Assembly: GCF_006345805.1 (NCBI RefSeq)
Contig: NW_021825845.1
Span: 1 to 14,270, forward strand
Origin: Octopus sinensis
Taxonomy: Eukaryota
Length of the DNA: 14,270 bases
Reading direction: 5' to 3'
Shown here: in pieces, positions 1-8,585 of the stretch
Layout: every line of letters starts with the position of its first letter
Numbering within the stretch: position 1 is the first letter of the stretch
Notes under the pieces: generated by a model
Told to the model about the DNA's origin: nothing
Databases searched by the model: none
The model's input: only the letters and a program-made list of their open reading frames with translations
Made by a program: the position numbers and the translations under genes

Positions 1-1072
1 ACTTACACACCCACAAAACTCACTAAACTCGACATATACAACAATACTTACACACCCACAAAACTCACTAAACTCGACATACAACAATACTTACACACCC
101 ACAAACTCACTAAACTCGACATATACAACAATACTTACACACCCACAAAACTCACTAAACTCGACATATACAACATACTTACACACCCACAAAACTCACT
201 AAACTCGACATATACACAATACTTACACACCCACAAAACTCACTAAACTCGACATATACAACAATACTTACACACCCACAAAACTCACTAAACTCGACAT
301 ATACAACAATACTTACACACCCACAAAACTCACTAAACTCGACATATACAACAATACTTACACACCCACAAAACTCACTAAACTCGACATATACAACAAT
401 ACTTACACACCCACAAAACTCACTAAACTCGACATATACAACAAACTTTACACACCCACAAAACTCACTAAACTCGACATATACAACAATACTTACACAC
501 CCACAAAACTCACTAAACCGACATATACAACAATACTTACACACCCACAAAACTCACTAAACTCGACATATACAACAATCTTCACACCCCAAAAACTCAC
601 TAAACTCGACATATACAACAATACTTACACACCCACAAAACTCACTAAACTCGACATATCAACAATACTTACACACCCACAAAACTCACTAAACTCGACA
701 TATACAACAATACTTACACACCCACAAAACTCACTAAACTCGACATATAAAACAATACTTACACACCCACAAAACTCACTAAACTCGACATATACAACAT
801 ACTTACACACCCACAAACTCACTAACTCGACATATACAACAATACTTACACACACACAAAACTCACTAAACTCGACATATACAACAATACTTACACACCA
901 CAAAACTCACTAAACTCGACATATACAACAATACTTACCACACCCACAAAACTCACTAAACTCGACATTCACAATACTTACACACCCACAAAACTCACTA
1001 AACTCGACATATACAACAATACTTACACACCCACAAAACTCACTAAACTCGACATATACAAACAATACTTAC
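1..1072. repeat. 45-bp tandem minisatellite, ~24 copies, cut by the left window edge
   Basis: The unit ACTTACACACCCACAAAACTCACTAAACTCGACATATACAACAAT repeats head-to-tail with only 1-3 bp indels. The minus-strand ORFs repeat a 15-aa motif (VSIVVYVEFSEFCGC), consistent with a 45-bp period. Confidence 0.97.
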
Positions 1073-1800
1073 CGTTGGTTTATTTTTACATTGTTTCATT
1101 CATAATTTTGAGTGGTGTTCGTTTTGCCACGTGAATAACCGGGTGGTGGACTAGTTTGCTTGAATGTGAATGGAATAGGGTAGTAGTGAGGTAGGCATAG
1201 AGAATGGGATTGGGTTACTGCAAGTTGTTTTGTTAGAGATGCTAAGGTGAGTTTAAAGCTCATAAATGTATAATGTTTTTTGTGGGTTTGTAAGTATTGT
1301 TGTATATGTCGAGTTTAGTGAGTATGTATAGGCGTATATGTGAGGGAGTATATGTATCTTTTGTGGTGTGAGTGTTTTGCGTGTGGAGTGTGTGTTTGTG
1401 TGAATGTGTATAGGGTTTGTTATTTAGGTTTTGGGATGTATGTGTTAATTTGTCTGTGTGGGGAGGGATGGGTTTTGGTGTATATTGAGGTTTATAAGTT
1501 AGTATAGGTATGTGTATAAGTCGTGAGTCTGTGGTTTACGTGTGTGTAATTTGTGTGTGAATGTTTAGGTTAGGGGGTTTACTTATAGGTTTGTTATAGA
1601 GTTTAGCAAAGGGAGATTTATCGTTATATGTTTTTAAGAGTTTTGTTTTATCATGTTTTTTTTTTTTTTTTTTTTAGGGAATTCGTGGTAATTAGTCTAT
1701 ATTTTCGATATGGATTATATATAGGTTATATATGGATTATATACTTATATTTTTCATTTATACTTTAATTATTTAAAAGTATTATTTTTATATTTAAAAT
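1073..1800. other. G/T-rich, C-poor low-complexity tract, the compositional mirror of the upstream A/C-rich array
   Basis: Abrupt switch from A/C-rich to T/G-rich at ~1073. Short internal duplications (TTGTGTGAATGT ~1396 and ~1553; ATATGGATTATATA ~1708 and ~1729). T20 run at 1656-1675. Confidence 0.6.
1278..1323 (-). repeat. Solitary inverted copy of the 45-bp minisatellite unit
   Basis: TTTTGTGGGTTTGTAAGTATTGTTGTATATGTCGAGTTTAGTGAGT is the reverse complement of the array consensus with 1 mismatch in 46 nt. Confidence 0.92.
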
Positions 1801-1958
1801 TTTGATTTTTTTAGATTGGAAGTCCACCTGAAGATTGTCGATCAGACAAGAAACGATTGTAGTGGCGGTTTTTTTGACTATTTATTAAATTTTATGTATT
1901 GATTAAGTCTTTCCTTGTTTGTTTTGCAAAATATGGTTTTTGTCTCAAATAATATTTT
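1800..1958 (+). mobile_element. Putative Penelope-like element terminal repeat (pLTR) fragment
   Basis: Contains a minimal hammerhead, and its 3' 73 bp (1886-1958) recur at 5515-5588, so it is a dispersed repeat. It ends in a (TA)n tract. The PLE assignment is inferred from the known association of minimal type I hammerheads with PLE pLTRs. Confidence 0.55.
1824..1865 (+). ncRNA. Minimal type I hammerhead ribozyme, predicted cleavage after GUA at 1861
   Basis: Stem I CCAC(1824-27)/GTGG(1862-65). Core CTGAAGA(1828-34). Stem II TTGTC(1835-39)/GACAA(1845-49) with loop GATCA. GAAA(1850-53). Short stem III AC-GATT-GT. NUH triplet GTA(1859-61). All core nucleotides and pairings are in canonical order. 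Confidence 0.75.
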
Positions 1959-2240
1959 ATATATATATATATATCTATACATATATATATATATATAATA
2001 TATATATACGGCTTTTATTGGGCTAAGTAAAGATGTTCTAAATTCAGCGTTTAAAATACAATTGAGAAATCAGGTGTTTTATTGTTCTTTCTCTCATCTT
2101 TTTTTTTAATTCGTTTAGAATCCTATGCTGTGTGATTGATCTTGTTAATGACATTTCATGCGATTGGATTGCTTGTTGTGAAAGATTGCATATATTCGGT
2201 AGATATAGTCTGCCGTCCTTGATTATTGTGCGTTCCACAA

Positions 2241-2256
2241 GATGATGATGATGATA

Positions 2257-2303
<47 letters not shown>

Positions 2304-2429
2304 TGATGATGTTGATGATGATGATGATGATGATGATGACGATGATGACGATGATGACGACGACGATGGGGATGATGATGATGATGAGATGATGATGATG
2401 ATGATGATGATAACAATGATAATAATAAT
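2241..2429. repeat. Compound trinucleotide microsatellite (GAT)n/(AAT)n/(GAC)n
   Basis: Directly visible; gives rise to the poly-S/H/I/Y ORFs. Confidence 0.97.
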
Positions 2430-2785
2430 TGAGAAAGAAAGCAAACGATGCTGGATCATAGATATGGCATGCCCAGTTGACTAGAAGTTACGCGATGAGG
2501 AAGAAAGAAAATTGATAGATATGACAGAACCTGGGAGGTGAAGCACAGTTGAGGTCAATGAAAAAGGTGGTAGTAGAACCAATATTTGTCGGAGCCCTGA
2601 GAACAGTGAGCAAAAAACTTGAGAAGTACATAGAACAAATAGGGTCCGCAATAACGGTGGAACACTTGCAGAAAACAGCACTGCTTGGAACCGCTCGAAT
2701 ACTCCGGATGGTGCTAAAAAAATACGGGGTGTTACCTTAGTAAACTTATAGTGAACAGTTGGCACCATGGTACATCTCCAATAAA
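2428..2785 (+). mobile_element. 3' fragment of a non-LTR retrotransposon with a C-terminal restriction-like endonuclease (R4/Dong/NeSL-type), decayed
   Basis: Translation with 1 stop and frameshifts: IEKESKRCWIIDMACPVD*KLRDEEERK-IDRYD..WEVK-QLRSMKKVVVEPIFVGALRTVSKKLEKYIEQIGSAITVEHLQKTALLGTARILRMVL. This matches the RLE C-terminus (IIDxAxP..D, KxxKY, PIxVGALG, QKTALLGTARILRxVL). A short 3'UTR and AATAAA (2780-85) precede a simple-repeat tail. Confidence 0.85.
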
Positions 2786-2878
2786 GAAGAAGAAGAAGAA
2801 GAAGAAGAAGAAGAAGAAGAAGAAGAAGAAGAAGAAGAAGAAGAAGAAGAAGAAGAAGAAGAAGAAGAAGAAGAAGAA
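2786..2878. repeat. (GAA)31 perfect microsatellite, forming the tail of the retrotransposon fragment
   Basis: 93 bp of uninterrupted GAA immediately after AATAAA. Confidence 0.97.
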
Positions 2879-3121
2879 TCTTTTCTGCTAAAGACACAGT
2901 GAAACACTGGGACTGTTGTAATCGACTAGTCCCGTCCCCTCAACTTTTAGCCCTGTATGCGTACACCATGCACACACATATATACATACATATACTGAAA
3001 GGGCCACAGCTAGAAATACAGAAGTTGGCTTGATATTTTTACTAACTGGTAATTGTTGCTTAAATTGCTCATAATATCTCTTCTTTAATACAAAGATACT
3101 ATTCAAAATAAATTTCGTAAT

Positions 3122-3601
3122 AGGCAATGCATCGCGCCACCGTTGAACCTAAGTTACGAATCTTCTATAAAATAATTCAAGTGAGCTCAATCGTAGTAGC
3201 TTCTTCACAGCCACGACCACCTCTTTTTCTCGACAAATTGTTATCCACGAAGATTGCTTTTGTTTGGACTAAGCAGTTGGAAATTAGGCGACACCAGATC
3301 CGGGATTTACTATGGAGGACAATTGATCGTCTTAATTTCCGATTGCCTGGTTTGTGTGAAAGGGGTTATCAGTCGTGCATTGCCATGGTGAATGGGGATA
3401 GTTTTTTATAGCATTGTTTAGTCGCTTTCTTCTTATGTCGTCTTTGATATTTTTCAGTATCTTCATCCATCTGTACACATTGCTTGTATCAATGGCGTCA
3501 CTTCTGAAACAACCTGTTGCCTTCTGCAGATATCGGACAACTTGCTCGACTAACTTCCCAAAAATTTGAATGGCAGCACCTTGCTTTTGCTTGAAAAACA
3601 T
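3122..3601 (-). mobile_element. Decayed, internally deleted mariner (Tc1/mariner) transposase remnant
   Basis: Minus strand carries an N-terminal HTH-like KQGAAIQIF...DTSNVYRWMK, then HHGNAR (cf. HHDNARPH), CPP**IPDLVSPNFQLL (cf. HPPYSPDLAPSDFHLF), LRG*QF and QRWR. Stops and frameshifts are present, and no terminal inverted repeats could be identified. Confidence 0.8.
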
Positions 3602-3759
3602 TATTTGCCTGCACTGAAAAAGGACATGAAGAAGGGCTACAAAACTTAGTCTACCAACATATGCAATTTAAACAACATAAGGCAGGTGTTAAGAAGGGTA
3701 AGCTATCTTCAGCAGTTTATTTATTTTTTTTTTTGCTTCTATTGTATAATGTGTATATG

Positions 3760-3817
3760 TATACATACACATTTACATGAACACATACAAACACACACAG
3801 TAAGATACACACAAGAC

Positions 3818-3850
<33 letters not shown>

Positions 3851-3895
3851 GAGACAGACAGACGACAACCATATATGTGTGTGTGCGTGTTAGTA
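3760..3895. repeat. Compound CA/GA/GACA/GT microsatellite region
   Basis: Directly visible. Confidence 0.9.
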
Positions 3896-3910
3896 TATAC
3901 ATGACATTAC

Positions 3911-4090
3911 TGACATCCACGATCGCATTTGGGCGGAAGGTTCACAGCTGTAATTTCCCGTTTGCTCATTAAGTATTTCTGAACTCTCTCCTTATTTTTG
4001 CAATGCGAAACATAAATATCGAAACGTGGCGTGATGCAACGGCCCCGAGCCCAAGATAGCCCGCACTCCTTCTTAATATGAACTTCATCT
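3911..4090 (-). CDS. Candidate internal coding exon (phase 2-2, 180 bp), product unknown
   Basis: GC-richer island. Acceptor CCTGTTAATTTAG|, donor CA|GTAATG, and 59 stop-free codons: DEVHIKKECGLSWARGRCITPRFDIYVSHCKNKERVQKYLMSKREITAVNLPPKCDRGC. No homology confirmed. Confidence 0.3.
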
Positions 4091-4388
4091 CTAAATTAAC
4101 AGGTAACACGTCTATGTATAACCTTAGTCCCGCATGTCTTAGGCGTATATGTATTTATGTACATATATATGAGTTATGTAAGTATGAGCGCATGGACGTC
4201 TAAGTGTAACTACGAGTATGTATGGTTATGTATAAATGCATACGTATTATTATACAAGATAATCGAATCTACAGAGCCGAAAGTCAGCAGCGAATATAGT
4301 GTAATTTAACTCTTATATAGTAGCTATGCTGAAAATAATAATTACTCGGCGCTCTGTTATCTGGTTTTTGTCATGTCAATCCTCATAA

Positions 4389-4460
4389 TACTATAGCCTC
4401 GGGCCGACCAAAGCCTTGTGAGTGGATTTGGTTGACAGAAACTGAAAGAAGCCCGTCGTA
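4389..4460 (+). mobile_element. Internal fragment of a cephalopod-type SINE (family B)
   Basis: TACTATAGCCTCGGGCCGACCAAAGCCTTGTGAGTGGATTTGGT..GAAACTGAAAGAAGCCCGTCGTATATA matches, from memory, the central segment of an abundant Octopus SINE that precedes its internal (TA)/(TG) tract. Confidence 0.65.
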
Positions 4461-5126
4461 TATATGTGTATATAATATGTGTATATATATATATAAATTA
4501 TTTATAAATTTAACCTTTAAAGGTATTTTTTAATATGCTGGCCATTGATAAAATTTTTTTGGGAACAAAAAAATTTATCCTGCATTAGATGTATATATAT
4601 ATATATATATATATAAGGCTTAAGGTCAATATTGTAATGATAGTTATTTGAGGGTTAAATGACAGTAATCTCTTACTAAAATATTGCAGCTGTAGTTGTT
4701 TGGCCCTGGGTCGGCGCATTGGCATCCCTGTTGTGAACACCTTACATTTCTTTTCCTCTTTTCTCACACTAAATGTCTAAGATGTATTTCCTTCTTCAAA
4801 AACAATAAATTTAAGTAGTTTGGGATTATATTCGGTTACTGTTTCTAGCAAGTTGCATACCTTGTTGGCACTAAATTGGCCCAGAGATAGATATTTATGT
4901 GTGTAGCAGTAGTTGTAATCTTACAGTTATTGAGTTCAACCACATATGAAAATAACTACCAACTAACCACAACTACCTCTGACTAGTATTTTATCTTAGA
5001 GAAAATCTAATGTACTTACAACTAGAGAGCTAGGAAAAGTGTAATGGCCTGCAACGGCACAACATGTGTTCCAATAACTAAATTATTTATTCTACTCATT
5101 ACAGGCGCAGATTTAATTTCATTTAC

Positions 5127-5199
5127 AATTCATAAAAGAGATCATGGAAAAGTTCGATATCTTCAACGACTCTGAAGAGTAATGAATTTCGGCGCCTTG
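5127..5199 (-). CDS. Weak candidate coding exon (phase 1-2, 73 bp)
   Basis: Long pyrimidine tract but an unusual GAG acceptor. Donor TT|GTAAAT. Open frame RRRNSLLFRVVEDIELFHDLFYE. Confidence 0.18.
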
Positions 5200-5295
5200 C
5201 TCAGCATTTGGAAGTGAAAAAAGGAAAGTGAAAAATGTTCAATTGCAGGATTACTATTAACTGAGGTATTTGAACTAAGACAGTGGTTCTCATAT

Positions 5296-5401
5296 GTGTT
5301 TGTGTGCGCGCGTGCTCGTGTGCATGTACATTTATGGATTTATTTGTGTATTTATGCATACACACACACACACACACACATTATTATATATATATATATA
5401 C

Positions 5402-5436
<35 letters not shown>
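5296..5436. repeat. Compound TG/CA/TA microsatellite
   Basis: Directly visible. Confidence 0.9.
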
Positions 5437-5441
<5 letters not shown>

Positions 5442-5588
5442 AATATTATTAGAGACAAAACCACTATTTTGCAAAACAAACAAGGAAAGACTTAATCAAT
5501 ACATAAATTTTAATAAATTTTATGTATGATTAAGTCTTTCCTTGTTTGTTTTGCAAAATAGTGGTTTTGTCTCTAATAATATTTTATA
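5437..5588. repeat. Near-perfect fold-back palindrome (~75-bp arms, ~3-nt loop) of the PLE-like repeat
   Basis: 5437-5511 is the reverse complement of 5515-5588 with about one indel and one mismatch near the centre. The right arm is homologous to 1886-1958. Confidence 0.95.
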
Positions 5589-5676
5589 ATATTTTACTAT
5601 AAAATTGATTTATCCTAATCTGATTTTTTCCTGTAAATTTGGATTATTCCCTAATATTTATTATTATATATATATA

Positions 5677-5714
<38 letters not shown>

Positions 5715-6251
5715 TATATATATATACATATATAAATATAAAAAATATAAATAAATAAATATATATATAAATATATAAATTAGGAATGCCTTAACAGGCC
5801 ATTCGTCCACCAGAAAGAGCAGCCAGAACTCAAACCGCCAAGTAGTGCAATCGGAAATAAGGTGAAAATTTAAAAACGTTTACCCTAATTCATTTTATAC
5901 GAGCATCGTTCTGTGTTTTTAATGTAGACCAGCTTAATTAAATTAAATTAAGCTAGTCTACCATAGGTCACACTTCATCAGTAAAAGAACCTGGAGAGAC
6001 GAATATACACGAGGCGACTGTATCAATGCCTCAGGAATATCTGTCTTAAAATTTCAAGACCAACGCATTCGCGCCAAACTTATCGGCAGCAAATATAAAC
6101 TGCCGATTCAATCTCAGAATTAGTCAGAAAATTATCAATTAATCAATTTAGGGTAGCAAAAAATTCAGTAGAAATTTATCGCTACCAGCGGAGTGGAAAA
6201 GATATATTATATATATATATATATAATATATATATATAATATATATTTAAG

Positions 6252-6335
6252 CCGACCCGAAAGGATTAAAGGCAAAGTCGACCTTAGTGGAATGTTAACT
6301 CAGAACGTAGCGGCAGACGAGATAACTATTTCTCT
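6252..6335 (-). mobile_element. tRNA-derived SINE (family A) fragment
   Basis: CCGACCCGAAAGGAT.AAAGGCAAAGTCGACC...AACTCAGAACGTAGCGGCAGACGA.ATA.CTATTTCT is homologous to 9578-9660 and 9760-9835 in this window. Confidence 0.8.
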
Positions 6336-6337
6336 GG

Positions 6338-6906
6338 GCGAGAGATAACAGTAACAGTACGGAATTGTAAAATATATTTGCCATCTAAATGTGGTGGTCA
6401 TATAGAGTACACTTTTACTGTTGTTTTTAGGCCCAGGAATATCTCCTCCAGCTGCCCAACGACACACAGTCTGTGTCCGATTAGCAATTGTGAGGGAGGT
6501 CGTCGACCTCATCTTCAGCCTTACATACAGACGCGTGTTTCTGGAAGATTACCCGTATGCAATGTGTGTCAATCACTGGCTTGGGATAAAGAATTCATTC
6601 CACTAAATGTGGCGGTCCTCTAGAGGACGGTGTTACTATTGTTTTTAGCCCCTACGAATGGAATGAGTTCTTCATCACTCTCCAGTGATTAACACACACT
6701 GAAGAGGAGTAACCACCCAGAAACCAGGATCTCTGTGTAGTATGTAAGGAGATGGGAGCGATGACATCCCTCGCAAATACTAATCGGACACAGATTGTGT
6801 GCCGTTAAGCAGCTAAAAACAACAGTAACACCGTCCTCTATAGGACCGCCACATTTATTTGGTAAATATATTTTACGATTCCGTACTGTTACTGTTTATC
6901 TCTCGC
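6338..6906. mobile_element. Large imperfect inverted repeat (arms 6338-6602 and 6659-6906) with decayed hammerhead cores; putative PLE inverted-pLTR remnant, second family
   Basis: The arms align as reverse complements along their length (e.g. GCGAGAGATAACAGTAACAGTACGGAAT / ATTCCGTACTGTTACTGTTTATCTCTCGC; TGTGTCCGATTAG / CTAATCGGACACA). The spacer 6603-6650 is a direct copy of 6385-6430. The inverted repeat is seen directly; the PLE label is inference. Confidence 0.8.
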
Positions 6907-6987
6907 TCAACGATTTAATATAACTTATCTCTATCTTTACGAGATCAGCGATAGTATGTCGCTTGAAAAAGGATATAGTATTTTGCG

Positions 6988-7052
6988 AGTGGAATGAGTT
7001 CTTCATCACCAGCCAGTGATTAACACACACCGTAGACAGGCAACCATCCAGA
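6988..7052 (+). mobile_element. Third, truncated copy of the 6659-6722 segment
   Basis: GGAATGAGTTCTTCATCAC...CCAGTGATTAACACACAC...AACCA.CCAGA matches 6660-6721. Confidence 0.8.
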
Positions 7053-7147
7053 GGTCAATTTGCCCGACTAAAGGCTGTGCTCTTGCATGACCACAGTCAA
7101 ATAACTGAAACAAGTAAAAGAGTAAAAGAGAGAGAGAGTAAAAAGAG
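7051..7147 (+). mobile_element. 3' end of a cephalopod-type SINE (family B) with an A-rich (GTAAAAGA)n tail
   Basis: GGTCAATTTGCCCGACTAAAGGC.GTGCTC..GCATG.CCACAGTCAAAT.ACTGAAACAAGTAAAAGAGTAAAAGA, recognised from memory as the common Octopus SINE 3' terminus. Confidence 0.65.
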
Positions 7148-7171
7148 TTGTTCCTATTCTCTATTGTATTG

Positions 7172-7293
7172 CTCCCGAGAGGATGGAAGTCGAATTTGAT
7201 CTTGGCGTGGTTTGAACTCGGAGCGTAAACAACCGAAAGAAACACAGCAAGTTATTTTGTCACATGCTTTAGAAATTCTACTAAATCATCGCC
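7172..7293 (-). mobile_element. Highly diverged tRNA-derived SINE (family A)
   Basis: CCCGA.AGGATG...TTTGAACTC.GA.CGTAAA...CGCC aligns to 10316-10432; a B-box-like GAGTTCAAA is on the minus strand. Confidence 0.55.
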
Positions 7294-7393
7294 ATCGTAC
7301 ATTTAGTTAAATGCGATGAGAAAACAGAGTTTGTCTTAATATAATTCCCCTTTCTTCGCCAGAGTTTTCTGAAGTTCAGGGTTAGCATCTTAC

Positions 7394-7475
7394 AGAATTC
7401 GGTGTACAATATACTGTAACACGACAATTTGTCGACTCGCTTTTCAATCATAACAGCCGTCCCCTCATAGAAGAG
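7394..7475 (-). CDS. Candidate coding exon (phase 0-1, 82 bp)
   Basis: Acceptor TTACTATTTAG|, donor T|GTAAGA, open frame LFYEGTAVMIEKRVDKLSCYSILYTEF. A plus-strand reading (EFGVQYTVTRQFVDSLFNHNSRPLIEELN) is also open, so the strand is uncertain. Confidence 0.25.
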
Positions 7476-7724
7476 CTAAATAGTAATTCTATACATTAAT
7501 TACATAACCATGAATTCGTAAAATTAGAGATTCATTATGCTTTCACAGAACGGTTGCAACTTCACAGGTTCTTAAGTACTTGCAATGTGCCCCTTGTTCG
7601 AAAATGAAAGCCTTATCGCTGGAGAATTCATTCAGTGATGCAGCTATCTTGAGAAAGGCGGCTAATTAATTGTTAAATATGTGACGAGTTTACTGCAACG
7701 TTATGTATTATTACTACAGCTGCT

Positions 7725-7728
7725 ATTG

Positions 7729-7777
<49 letters not shown>

Positions 7778-7850
7778 CACCACCACCACCACTAACACTA
7801 CTACTACAACTACTACTACGACTACTACTACTACTACCACCACCACCACC

Positions 7851-7893
<43 letters not shown>

Positions 7894-7980
7894 TTACTAC
7901 TACTTCTGCTGCTGCTGTTTCTACTGCTATTACTGCTGCTGCCGCCACTACTACTACTACTACTACTACTACTCTACTAC
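7725..7980. repeat. Compound trinucleotide array (ACT)n/(ACC)n/(GCT)n
   Basis: Directly visible; source of the poly-V/poly-L ORFs. Confidence 0.97.
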
Positions 7981-8246
7981 TGTCAAATAGCTGATCACGA
8001 GCCAATTTTGATACCTGTCAATTCTCCGTCCATTTGCTTGAAATAGCAGCAAAATCTCGCTTAAGATACACTCAACCACTTCAAAAATATAAAACAGACG
8101 GACACAGATACCTTAAAGTGGCCGGACCGTCACAGTTTGAAAGTATCTTCGCTCAGGGTTGAACAACAACGACAACTCATTGCTCTACATTGGGGTCATT
8201 GATAAGGTAGTTATCCCCAAATGCACTGCAAACAGGTAGATGCACG

Positions 8247-8312
8247 TACACACACACACACACACATACACACACACACACAACACACACACACACACAC
8301 ACACATGCATAC
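8247..8312. repeat. (CA)n microsatellite
   Basis: Directly visible. Confidence 0.95.
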
Positions 8313-8377
8313 ATACACAAAGACGTACTTATTTGCATGGGTGTACACATTAACGACATCACCACCAAGAAAAGCAA

Positions 8378-8388
8378 GTAATAATATA

Positions 8389-8419
<31 letters not shown>

Positions 8420-8421
8420 TA

Positions 8422-8490
<69 letters not shown>

Positions 8491-8507
8491 CATAATACTG
8501 ATGATGA

Positions 8508-8539
<32 letters not shown>

Positions 8540-8545
8540 ATGATG

Positions 8546-8584
<39 letters not shown>

Positions 8585-8585
8585 T
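8378..8585. repeat. Compound (AAT)n/(GAT)n/(GGT)n array
   Basis: Directly visible; source of the poly-N/D/Y/H ORFs. Confidence 0.97.

Noticed and set aside
1-1072. CRISPR-like array, or coding ORFs 179-550 and 625-903
   Set aside because: The units are contiguous with no unique spacers, the context is eukaryotic, and the ORFs merely translate the 45-bp repeat and are broken by indels.
1561-1580. TTAGGTTAGGG as telomeric repeat
   Set aside because: Fewer than two units within G/T-rich low-complexity sequence; expected by chance.
2044-2238. 64-aa minus ORF (MERTIIKDGRLYLPNIC...) as the N-terminus of a Penelope ORF
   Set aside because: No recognisable motif, and it is antisense to the hammerhead. 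It may be a repeat fragment but cannot be assigned.
3127-3411. 94-aa plus-strand ORF
   Set aside because: It is the antisense shadow of the mariner remnant.
4660-4760. GC-richer patch as an exon
   Set aside because: Several frames are open on both strands, but the minus acceptor is purine-rich and the plus strand lacks a donor; not supportable.
5168-5200. CTGAAGA at 5172 as another hammerhead
   Set aside because: No stem II, GAAA or complementary stem I follows.
5281-5292. CAGTGGTTCTCA resembling a hAT/Charlie TIR
   Set aside because: No partner TIR or matching 8-bp TSD in the window; 12 bp is insufficient.
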